From contig NW_021830458.1 of the NCBI RefSeq assembly GCF_006345805.1, positions 1,754 through 65,753 on the forward strand: a DNA stretch of 64,000 bases, read 5' to 3'. The DNA comes from Octopus sinensis (taxonomy: Eukaryota). How positions within the stretch are numbered: the first letter of the stretch is position 1; the number at the start of each line of letters is the position of its first letter. Of the stretch, positions 26,330 to 39,303 are shown piece by piece. Under the pieces are notes generated by a model. It did not search any database. It saw only the letters and a program-made list of their open reading frames with translations, and was not told the DNA's origin. The translations under genes were made by a program, and so were the position numbers.

Positions 26330-26433
26330 TTACTACTACTGCTACTACTATCAGCACCACCACCATCACCACCACCATCACCACCACTACCACCACCTCC
26401 ACCACCACCACCACCACCACCACCACCTCCACC

Positions 26434-26473
<40 letters not shown>

Positions 26474-26790
26474 TTACTACTACTGCTACTACTATCAGCA
26501 CCACCACCATCATCATCCCCACCACCACCACCACCACCACCACCACCATCACCGTCCCCACCACCACTACTACTACTACTACTACCACCACCACCACAAC
26601 TACTACTACTACTACAACTACTACTACTACTACTACCATCACCCCGACCATCATCACCACAATCACCACCGCGGCACCTACTACTCCACCATCATCACCA
26701 TCATGACCAATATCAATACCATCCCTCCGCCGCCGCCACCACCACCACCACCACCACCACCACCACCACCACATCCACCACCACCACTTG
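26210..26790. repeat. Compound (CTA)n/(CCA)n trinucleotide microsatellite
   Basis: Directly visible; source of the poly-H/Y/T pseudo-ORFs. Confidence 0.95.
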
Positions 26791-27559
26791 TACCATCAAC
26801 ACCAACACCACTCGTGCGGGACTCGTGTTGATTGTAGTGAATAAATGAATTACTAACAAAATAAATAAATAAAACACATACACAAAAACAACATAAAAAC
26901 AAGGATTTTTTATATATATTTTTTTGTTGCAATATCAGAAAATAACTTCCATTTAAAGAAAACACACACACACACACACACACACATACACACATACACA
27001 TACACACACACAAAGAAACCACACATAAAAAAAAGCTAAGAGCAAAACAACAAAAAACCCAGAATACATTGCAAATGAGAGGTGTTAATCACATTATCGG
27101 ATTGAGTAAGTAGAATGAAGTTGGCTATAAATACGAACACGAAGCACAAGAATACTTGTATCCCGATATACTGTAATAACCAATGCAAGACTCCGTTGCC
27201 TTTTGTTTGTTACAGTTGCGATGAGATAGTATTTCTCTGCGATTTGTCCCTTTCTTATCATGAAATATTCATTTCAATATTTAAAATGTCTTGGTGCTAC
27301 GCTTGACTTGGTAATCTGTAACCCTTATACGCTTTATTAAAATATTCTAATAAATAAGACATGCCAATAAAGGCGGACTTTTTCACTGGTTCGAAGAATT
27401 TCGATTTTCAATGAATAGTTACTTGCGTGATATCTGTTATTCCCAAGACAATCTTTTGACCTTTGCTAGTAATATCGAGTGATATGGTAAAGGAGTGTTG
27501 CTAGAACAAGAACGAAGCAAGCTTTGGAAACAGACAGACATCGCCAATGAAGTATGTAT

Positions 27560-27739
27560 AGTGTATGTATGTATGTATTTATGTATGTATGTATGTATGT
27601 ATGTATTTATGTATGTATGTATGTATGTATGTATGTATGTATGTATGTATGTATGTATGTATGTATGTATTTATGTATGTATGTATGTATGTATTTATGT
27701 ATGTTAGTATGTATGTATGTGTGTATGTATGTATGTATG

Positions 27740-27771
<32 letters not shown>

Positions 27772-28166
27772 TGTATGTATTTATGTATGTATGTGTGTAT
27801 TTATGTATATGCGCATGTGAATGTATGTACACACACATACACACACGTGAATATATGAATATATATGTATAGAAACTTGTATAAAATATATGTACGTATG
27901 ATATGAATATGCGTGTATGCGTATATGCAAATATACAAGTACACTCATATGAACACACGTATATATATATATGTAAATGTGTTTACAAGTGTACACACTT
28001 CTATGCATATATACATCCATATGTACGCCTGCATATGTGTATACAATGTATATATATATATGTATGTATATATATATAGTATGTATATGTGTGTGTGTAT
28101 AAGTATATATTTTTATACACACTGTATACGCATGTATATATATATATGCATATATATATATTATAT

Positions 28167-28210
<44 letters not shown>
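27560..28210. repeat. (TATG)n/(TA)n microsatellite
   Basis: Directly visible. Confidence 0.95.
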
Positions 28211-28404
28211 CAACATACATTTATACACACATACGAACACAACCACCACATACCCTTCTATCTCTTTCTCTCTTTCTTTCTTCTCTCTCTCTCTCCCCCC
28301 TCTCTCTCTCCCCCCTCTCCTCTCTCTCTATATATATATATATATATGTGTGTGTATATATCAGGAAGGGTGTGTAGTTGTGTGTATATACGTGATTTCT
28401 ATCA

Positions 28405-28565
28405 TGAATAGCAAGAAGAAGAAGAAGAAGAAGAAGAAGAAGAAGAAGAAAAAGAAGAAGAAAGCGAAGAAGAACAGAAGCAACAAAAGAAAAGAAATAA
28501 GGTGAAGAAGAAGAAGAAGAAGAAGAAGAAGAAAGAAGAGAAGGAAGAAGAGGAAGGAGGAGGAG
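28405..28565. repeat. (GAA)n/(GAG)n microsatellite
   Basis: Directly visible. Confidence 0.95.
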
Positions 28566-29106
28566 GATGAACAGCGTGTGTCTGTCTGTTCTCACTCAAA
28601 CTAGCAATACACACCGATCAATTATCAAGATCGAAGAACCATTATGTTTCAAGAAGGAAAATCCTTTTCAGCTGAGATATGTTGCACCATTATCAACACG
28701 CGTTGTTCCTTGTAACGATCAAGCAAAAGGTCAGTGTATGCGATAATAATTCCATACATATTTATTGAGCTTGTTGTTCTGCCGTTGTTGCTGGTGTTGC
28801 TGCTGTTGATAATGGTGATGGTGATAATGGTGGTGATGTAAGACGAATATGCGGAGATGGTGTAGCAGAGATATCGAGTCGTTTGCTCCGTGAGAGAATG
28901 TGAAAGATGGTGAGATTATTCTAAGGAGTGGAGCAATAGGAGTAATAAATATACGAGTGTGATTTCTTTTTTTTTCAAAATCCGTGCTATATCTGTAGTG
29001 AATAGTTAGTTGTCGCTGTGTCAATTTATATAGGTTTTAAATAAATTTACTATAAACGTACAATATTTGACTAGATTTTCGAGATTCGCGCTGTGTCTGC
29101 CGAGAA

Positions 29107-29588
29107 AAAATAATAAATAAATGCGCCCGTTTAAAGCCTAGCCAGGCCCATGGGCCCGGCTTCCCGGTTTCTGTGGCGTATGTGTTCCCCAGCTGGACGT
29201 GACGCCAGTCCATCGCAGCGTTACTCATTTTTGCCAGCTGAGTGGACTGGAGCAACGTGAAATGAAGTGTTTTGCTCAAGAACACAACGCGTCGCCCGGT
29301 CCAGGAATCGAAACCACAATCTTACGATCATGGTGCTGAGACCCTAACCACTAATCCACGCGCTTCCACAAAAATAAATGCGCCCTTTTTAAAGCCTAGC
29401 CAGGCTCATAGGCCCGGTTTCCCGGTTTCTGTGGCGTATGTGTTCCCCAGCTGGACGTGACGCCGGTCCATCGCAGCGCTACTCCGTTTTGCCAGCTGAC
29501 AATGCGTCGCCCGGTCTAGGAATCGAATCCACAATCTTACAATCATGGTGCTGACACCCCAACCACTAAGCCACGCGCCTCCACTCTC
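29107..29588 (-). mobile_element. Two head-to-tail SINE family C copies within one 12-bp TSD
   Basis: GTCTGCCGAGAA at 29095-29106 and 29589-29600; head GGA(A/G)GCGCGTGG..TAGTGGTTAG..GG(T/A)TTCGATTCC; body GCTGCGATGGACTGGCGTC. Confidence 0.9.
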
Positions 29589-29890
29589 GTCTGCCGAGAA
29601 GCCCTTATAAATTCTACCTACCTCATAGCTTCATATACGTCTCATAGTTGTGGTTTATTCAGGTCCCTTGTATTAAGTACCTTCACTATGTGTCTAGAAT
29701 CATACTACGTCCGTAGCAAAAATAACAAGCTCTTGTTCTTTCAGCCGATATAACTAACAATTTTGTTACGTTATTACCGTAGAAACACACTGCTTTTGTT
29801 TCAATTTAATTTGAAAATTACTAAGAATTTAATAAAACAACTTTGTCATTATTAGGATGTTGTTTCAAACATAAATTAACAGGAAATTAG

Positions 29891-30118
29891 GGTGTCGAGC
29901 TGGCAGAAACGTTAGCACGCCTGGCGAAATGCTTAGCGGTATTTCGTCTGCCGCTACGTTCTGAGTTTAAATTTCGTCGAGGTCGACTTGCCTTTCATTC
30001 TTTCGGGGTCGATTAAATAAGTACCAGTTACGCATAGGGTTCAATGTAATCGACTTAATCTGTTTGTCTGTCCTTGTTTGTCCCCTCTTTGTAGCTCCTT
30101 CTGGGTAGTAAAGAAATA
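29891..30118 (+). mobile_element. SINE family B with LINE-type tail
   Basis: Head CGAGCTGGCAGAAACGTTAGC; tail GGGTAGTAAAGAAATAA. Confidence 0.85.
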
Positions 30119-30452
30119 ATAAATTAACAGGAAATTTGAATGGAATGCTTTGATTTCGGTCACTTTAAAACAAAGTTCGTATCGTAGAACCAAGAGTGGT
30201 CTTTGGCGAATTGGGAGTTAAAGAGTGTTTCTGTGAAATGTTTGCAAAAGGTTTCAAGATCCGTTCTGTTATATTGCTAAAGACAATTAGCTTTCGCTGG
30301 CTTATTACACATTTTAAAATAGTTACCATGTTTGATTGCAATATCCAGAGTGAGGTTCATATATTCGTACTGTATTTGTGGAAAAGACACTTAGGTATTA
30401 CTGTCTCAATCCATAATGATGTGCAGTTTTAAACATCTAACATGCATTTTCT

Positions 30453-30821
30453 TCTCTTTTACTTGTTTCAGTCATTTGACTGCGGTCATGCTGGAGCACC
30501 GCCTTTAGTCGAGCAAATCGACCCCAGGACTTATTATTTGTAAGCCTAGTACTTATTCTATCGGTCTCTTTTGCCGAACCGCTAATTTACGGGGACGCAA
30601 TTTATCGGTTGTCAAGCGATATTGGAGGGACAAACACACACACACACACATATATATACGACGGACTTCTTTCAGTTTCCGTCTACCAAATCCACTAAGA
30701 AGGCTTTGGTCGGCCCGAGGCTATAGTAGAACACACTTGACCAAGGTGCCCCGCAGTGGGACTGAACCCGGAACCATGTGGTTGGTAAGCAAGCTACTTA
30801 CCACACAGCAATGCCTCCGCC
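30453..30821 (-). mobile_element. SINE family A, full length
   Basis: Tail CTCTTTTACTTGTTTCAG through head CCACACAGC. Confidence 0.9.
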
Positions 30822-31403
30822 CACATGCATAAATATATCTACTTGGCGTTTCGAGAGCCGCATTGTGTCTGTGGCAAAGACACTCGGGTCTCGTTATCGT
30901 TTTAAATAGGTAACTTGTACTAATAAGTATCTTGTACTAATAGGTATCTTGTACTAACTTGTACTGATACAATGGAGTACGTGTACTCGATGTAAATGGT
31001 AGGAGCATTGTAAATTTGCTGAATGTCTGCCTAACTTGACGTAATGAAGTGCAAACTCAAATATTAGCATAGAAATAATCTTGAGCCCTCTATACCCTCT
31101 TGACGTCAAAAAAATTAATCCTTCGATTGTGGATAAATTTAAAGCTATTGATTTTATTTGTCATACCTCGGTCAGATAAATAAATGAAAATTAGTATCGC
31201 TTTGTTGGAAGGAGGGATGGGAAGCCGTGATGCTCATGCTTTTCCCAGAAGCGTTACTAGCAGAATTAAAGTCCAGTATTTGTTTTACATGAACCAGAAA
31301 TCGTAATCTGACCCCCCCCCACCAATATCGTTTCACAGTGAATTTAACTATTTGTCTTACATCGTTAGCTTGAATAAATGAATACTTATTATAAAGAAGG
31401 TTA

Positions 31404-31625
31404 AGGCGGCGAGCTGGCAGAGTCGTTAGCACGCCGGGTAAAATGCGTAGGAGTATTTCGTCTGTCTTCACGCTCCGCGTTCGAATTCCGCGTGGGGTTG
31501 ACTTCGCTTTTCATCTTCACGAGGTCGATAAAGTAAGTGCCAGTCGAGTAGTGGGGTTAATGTAATCGACTTCCTTCCTTCCTTCCTTCCTTCCTTCCTC
31601 GAAATTGCTGGCCTTGTGCCAAAAT
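31404..31625 (+). mobile_element. SINE family B, old-tail copy
   Basis: Head AAGGCGGCGAGCTGGC; tail GGCCTTGTGCC. Confidence 0.8.
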
Positions 31626-31707
31626 TTGCAACCAGTAATTATAAAACGGTTTGCTTTGACTAGATACAAGTACCTGAATGTTAATTAAAACTGACGTTAT
31701 TAACATA

Positions 31708-32018
31708 GTGAAGGCGCGTGGCTCACTGGTTAGGGTATTCGGCTCACGATCGTAAGGTGGTGAGTTCAATTCCCGGCGACGCGTTGTGTCCTTGAGTAAG
31801 ACACTTTATTTCATGGTGGCCCTATCCACTCAGCAGGTGAAAATGAGTAGTATCTGTAGTTCAAAGAGCCAGCCTTATCACACTCTGTGTCACGCTGAAT
31901 CTCCCTGAGAACTTCGTTAAGGTACACGTGCTCAGCCCCTTGCATGTTAATTTCACGAGCGAGCAGGCTGTTCTGTTAATCAGACAACTTGAATCCTCGT
32001 CGTAACCGACGGAGTGCC
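31708..32018 (+). mobile_element. SINE family E, full length
   Basis: Head GAAGGCGCGTGGCTCACTGGTTAGGG..GAGTTCAATTCCC; CORE-like GTGTCCTTGAGTAAGACACTT; tail CGTAACCGACGGAGTGCC. Confidence 0.8.
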
Positions 32019-32066
32019 TGTTGGGTATTAACATAAGAGAAGTAAAACCTCATAAGGAATCTACTA

Positions 32067-32305
32067 TATACTTATTTCTTTATTACCCACAAGGGGCTAA
32101 ACACAGAAGGGACAAACAAGGACAGACAAACGGATTAAGTCGATTATATCGACCCCAGTGCGTAACTGGTACTTATTTAATCGACCCCGAAAGGATGAAA
32201 GGCAAAGTCGACCTCGGCGGAATTTGAACCCAGAACGTAACGGCAGACGAAATACAGCTAAGCATTTCGCATGCCGTGCTAACGTTTCTGCCAGCTCGCC
32301 GCCCT
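32067..32305 (-). mobile_element. SINE family B, full length, LINE-type tail, 11-bp TSD
   Basis: GGAATCTACTA at 32056-32066 and 32306-32316. Confidence 0.92.
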
Positions 32306-32779
32306 GGAATCTACTACTTACTGTACTTGTGTCGGGTCACATTCTGCACTAAGAAACCAGTATAGTTACATGTTACATGTAAATATATTTGTCACATGAT
32401 TTTTATTAAAAACATGTCAATCAGTGTTGCCAGAGAAAGAATCGGAAATGACAGCAATCAAGAAAGAATGGCATGGAAACTTTTCTCTAGTTTTTATTGA
32501 CTTTGATGGCTTTCACATCCATAGAAAGATATATCTTAGTGGCAGAGCCTTCACCTGCTAGAGTTGCTGGTTCAAATTGGTGTGTCTTATGTGAATGCGT
32601 TTTCTTTTGAAATATATAATTTCTTAAACTAACTCTGAATTACTGGAGTAGATGACAATGCTTTTGTTCCTGTTGTTCCTGTTGTTGTTGCTGTGTTGCC
32701 CCAGGTCAGCCCTGATCGAACAGGCTCAAAGAATATGGCACACAGAGATCCATCTTGCTTGTTATATTATGTTAACGCA

Positions 32780-33195
32780 AGGCGGCGAGTTGACAGAAAC
32801 GTTAGCATGCCGGGCGAAATGCTTAGCGGTATTTCGTCTGCCTTTACGTTCTGAGTTCAAATTCCGCCGAGGTCGACTTTGCCTTTCATCCTTTCGGGGT
32901 CGATAAATTAAGTACCAGTTACGCACTGGGATCGATGTAATCGACTTAATCCGTTTGTCTGTCCTTGTTTGTCCTCTCTGTGTTTAGCCCCTTGTGGGCA
33001 GTAAAGAAATAGGTATTTCGTCTGCCACTACGTTCTGAGTTCAAATTACGCCGAGGTCGACTTTGCCTTTCATCCTTCTGGGGTCGATAAATAAAGTACC
33101 AGTTACGCACTGAGGTCGATGTAATCGACTTAATCCGTTTGTCTGTCTTTGTTTGTCCCCTCTATGTTTAGCCCCTTGTGGACAATAAAGAAATA
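32780..33195 (+). mobile_element. SINE family B, two LINE-tail units in tandem
   Basis: Junction AAAGAAATA|GGTATTTCGTCTG near 33011. Confidence 0.9.
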
Positions 33196-33404
33196 TATTT
33201 TATGTTAACGTGTAGCTGCAGACTACACTGTTCACCCCAACGTGCAGCGATAAAATGTATAGGACAGCAATTTGCCAGTCAAGATATATTACACTCCCTC
33301 TATATAGATTCCGGTGTTGACCATAGTGAAGATGGACTTGGTTAGAACGCAGCAATTGCTGTTCTCTTCTTCATTTAATGTTAGTGGTGTAACATAATAA
33401 TCCT

Positions 33405-33618
33405 TTGTACTGTATGTACAAGGTTTAAAACTTTGGAGAAGTGGTGGCTAGTCCATTACATCGACTCCCAGTGCTTGACTGGTACTTATTTCATCGATAA
33501 CGAAAGGATAAAAGGCAAAGTCGACCTCAGCAGAATTTGAACTTAAAACGTAGAGACGAGTGAAATGCTGCCAAACATTTTGTCCTGCGTGCTAGCGATT
33601 CTGCCACCTCGCCACTTT
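33405..33618 (-). mobile_element. SINE family B, old copy
   Basis: GTCGACCTCAGCAGAATTTGAAC..GCCACCTCGCC. Confidence 0.75.
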
Positions 33619-33654
33619 AATGTAAACCATAACGATGATTTCAAATTTTGTTGT

Positions 33655-33902
33655 TTGCCCTTTTAAAGCCTAGCCAGGTTCATGGGCCCGGTTTCCCGGT
33701 TTCTATGGCGTATGTGTTCCCCAGCTGGACGGGACGCCAGTCCATGGCAGCGTTACTCATTTTTGCCAGCTGAGTGAACTGGAGCAACGTGAAATGAAGT
33801 GTTTTGCTCAAGAACACAACGCGTCGTCCGGTCCAGGAATCGAAACCACAATCTTACGATCATGGTGCTGTCACCCTAACCACTAAGCCACGCGCCTCCA
33901 CT
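33655..33902 (-). mobile_element. SINE family C, full length
   Basis: Nearly identical to 29130-29370. Confidence 0.9.
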
Positions 33903-33904
33903 TC

Positions 33905-34298
33905 AAATTTTTGTACCATCAGCAATTTTGGGGGAGAGGTAAATCGATTACCTCGAACACTTATTTTATCAACTCCGAAAGAATAAAAGGCAAACTCGAC
34001 TTCGGTGGAATTTGATCTCAGAATGCGAAGACGGATAAAATGTCACTAAACATTTTACCTGGTGCAAACAATTCTGTCCATCACACCACCTTAACACTAG
34101 CAGTAATAATCCTTTCTATTATAGGCACAATGCCTGCAAGTTTGGGGGAGAGGTGAGTCGATTACATCGACCCCAGTACTCCAGAAGGATGAAAGGCCAA
34201 GTCGACCTTGGCGTAATCTGAACTCAGAACGTAAAGACGGACGAAATTCCGCTAAGCATTCTGCCCGGCGTGCTAACGATCCGGCCAGCTCACCGCTT
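33905..34298 (-). mobile_element. Two adjacent old SINE family B copies
   Basis: Two GAC(T/C)T(C/T)GG..AAT.TGA.CTCAGAA cores and two heads. Confidence 0.75.
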
Positions 34299-35947
34299 TA
34301 CTGCCATGAGTAATAATAAACCCACATATCTATAGTAGTGAAAAAGTATAGAGGATTAGATCAGTTCCAATACTTAACTTACTGCTTCATCGACTCCACT
34401 ACCTGACTGATACTTTATTTTATCAACATTAAAAGAATAAGAAGCAAAGTTGATCCTGACGAGATTTGAACCCAGAACGTAATAATTTTCCCAGCTAGTC
34501 ACATTTTGGATGCCAATAGCAATAAAACCACAGATGTATACTGAAATCAATTGCAATACCAAGCTTACTGCTTTTTACTCTCTCGACCTCGAAACAGCAA
34601 AACTCAAACCAATGAGGAGCGATTTGAACTCGGAACGTAAGGGAGCATAACAAATATCCTTCAAGAACTTTATTATTTATTCCACTCCACTGAATTAACA
34701 ATATCATTAACATATTGGAATTAATTTGTTAGACTATGTGTCAATCTCCTGAAAAGTTGGCTTTCTGCCTGGTCAAAACTAATTAGTATTGATCAAAAGC
34801 AAATCTAAAACTGACCTAAGAGATGACCAAGCTAATAGCCGTGCGAATGGCCGTTTTCGTTTTTGTTTCAATGCTGTTAGTTATGGGTTCCGATCTAGAT
34901 TAGTCGTTTTGCTTCTCCGATTCTGACTCATCCAGTGACTGTATATCGATATAAATACGCCAGCTCGCCGCCTTATATATCGATATAAATATCCTTTTCT
35001 ACTCTAGGCACAAGGCTAAAAATTTTTGGGGAGGGGGCCAGTCGGTTAGATCGACCCCAGTACTCCAGAAGGATGAAAGGCCAAGTCGACCTTGGCGTAA
35101 TCTGAACTCAGAACGTAAAGACGGACGAAATTCCGCTAAGCATTCTGCCCGGCGTGCTAACGATCCGGCCAGCTCACCGCTTTACTGCCATGAGTAATAA
35201 TAAACCCACATATCTATAGTAGTGAAAAAGTATAGAGGATTAGATCAGTTCCAATACTTAACTTACTGCTTCATCGACTCCACTACCTGACTGATACTTT
35301 ATTTTATCAACATTAAAAGAATAAGAAGCAAAGTTGATCCTGACGAGATTTGAACCCAGAACGTAATAATTTTCCCAGCTAGTCACATTTTGGATGCCAA
35401 TAGCAATAAAACCACAGATGTATACTGAAATCAATTGCAATACCAAGCTTACTGCTTTTTACTCTCTCGACCTCGAAACAGCAAAACTCAAACCAATGAG
35501 GAGCGATTTGAACTCGGAACGTAAGGGAGCATAACAAATATCCTTCAAGAACTTTATTATTTATTCCACTCCACTGAATTAACAATATCATTAACATATT
35601 GGAATTAATTTGTTAGACTATGTGTCAATCTCCTGAAAAGTTGGCTTTCTGCCTGGTCAAAACTAATTAGTATTGATCAAAAGCAAATCTAAAACTGACC
35701 TAAGAGATGACCAAGCTAATAGCCGTGCGAATGGCCGTTTTCGTTTTTGTTTCAATGCTGTTAGTTATGGGTTCCGATCTAGATTAGTCGTTTTGCTTCT
35801 CCGATTCTGACTCATCCAGTGACTGTATATCGATATAAATACGCCAGCTCGCCGCCTTATATATCGATATAAATATCCTTTTCTACTCTAGGCACAAGGC
35901 TAAAAATTTTTGGGGAGGGGGCCAGTCGGTTAGATCGACCCCAGTAC
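34166..35947. repeat. 884-bp tandem duplication
   Basis: 34166-35063 reads identical to 35050-35947 by eye; the ORF track gives identical peptides offset by exactly 884. Confidence 0.95.
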
Positions 35948-36305
35948 GCAACTGGTACTTACTTTATCGACCCCGAAAGGATGAAAGGCAAAGTCGAACT
36001 CAGAACGTAAAGACAGACGAAATACCTATTTCTTTACTACCCACAAGGGGCCAAACATGGAGAGGACAAACGAAGACAGACAAACGGATTAAGTCGATTA
36101 TATCGACCCCAGTGCGTAACTGGTACTTAATTTATCGACCCCGAAAGGATGAAGGGCAAAGTCGACCTCGGCGGAATTTGAACTCAGAACGTAATGGCAG
36201 ACGAAATACCGCTAAGCATTTCGCTCGGCGTGCTAACGTTTCTTATTTCTTTATTGCCCACAAGGGGTTAAACAAAGAGGGGGACAAACAAGGACAGACA
36301 AAGGG
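35880..36305 (-). mobile_element. SINE family B tandem units
   Basis: Tails TATTTCTTTA(C/T)T at about 36028 and 36244. Confidence 0.85.
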
Positions 36306-36494
36306 ATTGCTATTAATTGATGTGAGGGTAAGACTAAAAGATGACAACTGTAGAAGTGGTGTCAAATATATAACGATGAATATAGTTCAACAATTGGATC
36401 TTTAGAACTACAAATATGGTGTTTAAAGCATCTCAAGATGGAAAAAATTGAAGTTAAGATAAATTATGTGTTTCATGGTTCTCTTAAAGCTTCC

Positions 36495-36640
36495 GGTGGC
36501 TGTGTGGTAAGTAGCTTGTTTACCAACCACATGGTTCCGGATTTATTCCGGCACCTTGGGCAAGTGTCTTCTACTATAGCCTCGGGCCGACCAACTCCTT
36601 GTGAGTGGATTTGGTAGACGGAAGCTGAAAGAATCCCGTC

Positions 36641-36698
<58 letters not shown>

Positions 36699-36900
36699 AT
36701 GTGCTTGTTCCCTTCAACATCTTTTGATAACTGATTCTGGTGTGTTTACGTCCCCGTAACTTAGCGGTTCGGCAAAAGAGACCGATAAAATAAGTACTGG
36801 GATTACAAAGAATAAGTCCTTGGGGTCGATTTCCTCGATTAAAGGCGGTGCTCGAGCATGGCCGCAGTCAAATGACTGAAACAAGTAAAAGAGTGAAAGA
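36495..36900 (+). mobile_element. SINE family A, full length, internal (TA)n
   Basis: Head GTGGCTGTGTGGTAAG; tail CAAGTAAAAGAG. Confidence 0.9.
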
Positions 36901-37335
36901 GTAACCACATTAAAATTTGTTAAAATTTTACCACTGTACATTATAGATAATGTCCTAGATTTTATTTCATAGCTAAGAATGTTTACATCTTGGAGTAAAG
37001 AGGGAAATAAGAGACAACTCAGATTAGAAGACGCAAGAATACAGCTTTTAGAGATGTTGTTTCTAGAAATTGTACCGTCAATACTACCTGTCGATTGCGA
37101 GGAATACTGTTTCTGACCGTGGTATATGTCTTGCTCTGTTGTAGAAATTGTCAACAGCTGGTTAATCAACTTGGTATTTGTATGAGAAATACAATTAGCA
37201 GTTGACTCATTAGTTCAGATTCCTTAATTGGGCATTTAATTAACGCTACATAAAATAAACAGGAGTCATTAACGATGTTACTGAGAACACTTGAAATAAT
37301 TAAATAGATAAAACTAAAAGACCTAAGCAGGTGTT

Positions 37336-37407
37336 GGGGATATAGCTCAGTGGTAGAGCATTCGACTGCAGATCGAGAGGTCCCCGGTTCGAACCCGGGT
37401 GTCCCCT
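37336..37407 (+). tRNA. tRNA-Cys-GCA: tRNA-Cys (anticodon GCA), copy 1
   Basis: 72-nt cloverleaf: acceptor GGGGATA/TGTCCCC, D stem GCTC/GAGC, anticodon stem TTCGA/TCGAG with loop CTGCAGA, T stem CCCGG/CCGGG, discriminator T; T10 terminator at 37410-37419. Confidence 0.97.
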
Positions 37408-37674
37408 TCTTTTTTTTTTATATCAGCCGCCTTCTTTCTTTTCTTTCGGTTTCTTCTCTCTATTTCTTTCTCTCTATCCGTCTCTTCTCTTTCTCTATCA
37501 TTTGATTGCGTTGTTTTTTGCATTCGTATTTGCATATAGGTATATTGTAAAGAAAAAGGGCAAAATTGTAAAACCGGTAACGCATAGATTTTTTCTCTTC
37601 TCTAAACGTTTGTACTATTTGACGCCATCCCCTTGAGTCAGGTTGGTGTTCACGCCTATTATCTTTTTCTCTTT

Positions 37675-38043
37675 TTACTCTTTTACTTGTTTCAGTCATT
37701 TGACTGCGGCCATACTGGAGCACCGCCTTTAGTCGAGCAAATCGACCCCAGGACTTATTCTTTGGAAGCCTATATATTTGTGTATGTGTTTGTCTCCCCC
37801 AACATCTATCGGTCTCTTTGCCGAGCCGTTAAGTTACGGGGACGTAAACAAACCACCATCTGTTGTCAAGCGATGTTAGGGGGACAAATACAGACACACA
37901 AACATATATATACACACACACACATATATATATACACATATACGACAGGCTTCTTTCAGTTTCCGTCTACCAAATCCACTCACAAGGCTTTGGTCGACCT
38001 GAGGCTAAAGTAGAAGACACTTACCACACAGCCACTCCTGCAC
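37675..38043 (-). mobile_element. SINE family A
   Basis: Tail to head; internal deletion in the head (GACAC|TTACCACACAGCC). Confidence 0.85.
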
Positions 38044-38324
38044 CTTATTCATTATTTTTCTGAAGAATCAAATTCTTCAGAAAAATATGCAACCCCATCT
38101 GACAATTTTCAAAGAAATCGTGGAATCTGCACGAACACTGCTTGTAGAAAGAATAATAGAATGATGATGACGGTGGTCTCTCGTTGTCCGAAAAAGACAG
38201 TTCTGCATTTTCTTGCTGAAGAACCTGCGGACATGACTGGTTTATAGTGATCACATGTTCGTGCCACACATTAGATCACTCCTTTCATCAAATCGACGTT
38301 GCCTGACCAGATGCACGGTTTTAC

Positions 38325-38470
38325 CAAACGTCAGGTGTCGAAGTGATCACAGAGCAATGTGAAGTGAAGTGTATTGCCCAAGAACACAACACACCATCAG
38401 GTGTAAGAATTGAAACCCCGATATCGCGATTGTGAGTGGAACACCCTTACCACTTGGCCATGCATCATCA
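38325..38470 (-). mobile_element. Old SINE C/E-like head fragment
   Basis: GTGAAGTGTATTGCCCAAGAACACAAC..CCACTTGGCCATGC. Confidence 0.55.
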
Positions 38471-39231
38471 CAGAATAATGAAATAGTGAACCAGTTTGGG
38501 TGTAACTATTATAACAATGATCGGAATTGAAGATATGATCAAAATTTTTGAACTATGTTATCAAGATTAGCCGATACAAGCATCCAAACAGAAGCAAAGG
38601 CATTTATTAAAACGTCAAATTTCTACGTATACCGCCATTTTTGTTTGAAAGGCAGGCAGCCTTATTAGATGACAGGAAAAAACCAAACACTGCATGGTTT
38701 AACGACGTTCCTTTCCGGCTTCAGTTCAAAACTCAGCATGGTTCGACTTCGACACTCATTATTCTAGGATCAAATACCTTTCTTCCCTGTGGTAACTAAT
38801 TACAAGGGTTAAATATATTGGCACCAGACACAAAGGGGCCCACGTTCTCCCTTACTCAACATGGCCATGTGGCTATTTGTCGTCTGTTTATCTGCAAAAG
38901 TAATTCCTACATATAACATGAGAAAGAGAAAGACAAACGGAAGAGAATGAGAAAAGTTGGCTTCTAAATTTCTTAACATAGTTTTATCATAATTAGTGAA
39001 AACAAATGATTCCACGTCCTACATAACTTACACACATACATATAAACAAACTTTCTTTTCCTTCCATAAGGCTTCTCTAACATACGCATATGTAATGTGA
39101 AAAACAGTGAGAGAAGGAGAGATGGACAGAAGCTAACAGAGAAAGAGAGAGAGAGAGAGAGAGAGGGTGGGAGCGGATGGAAAATAAATAAGAAAAATAT
39201 CCATAAAAATAATGATGGAAAGAAAAAGAGA

Positions 39232-39303
39232 AGGGGACACCCGGGTTCGAACCAGGGACCTCTCGATCTGCAGTCGAATGCTCTACCACTGAGCTATATC
39301 CCC
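39232..39303 (-). tRNA. tRNA-Cys-GCA: tRNA-Cys (GCA), copy 2
   Basis: Identical to copy 1 except T stem CCTGG (one G-U pair); T5 at 39223-39227. Confidence 0.97.

Noticed and set aside
26070-26831. 253-aa poly-His/Tyr/Pro ORF and 169-aa poly-Thr 'mucin-like' ORF
   Set aside because: Compound (CTA)/(CCA) microsatellite; the internal ~130-bp duplication is ordinary slippage.
30908-30970. 17-bp unit x3 (also small duplications near 21495, 23320 and 53033)
   Set aside because: Ordinary local slippage duplications with no further structure.
38053-38087. Perfect 16-bp hairpin with 3-nt loop
   Set aside because: Short and AT-rich with no context; not a bacterial terminator in this genome, and plausible by chance or local fold-back.
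38634-38643. YY1-like CCGCCATTTT (also near 59170) and TATAAATA near 22155
   Set aside because: Isolated short motifs expected by chance in 64 kb of AT-rich DNA.
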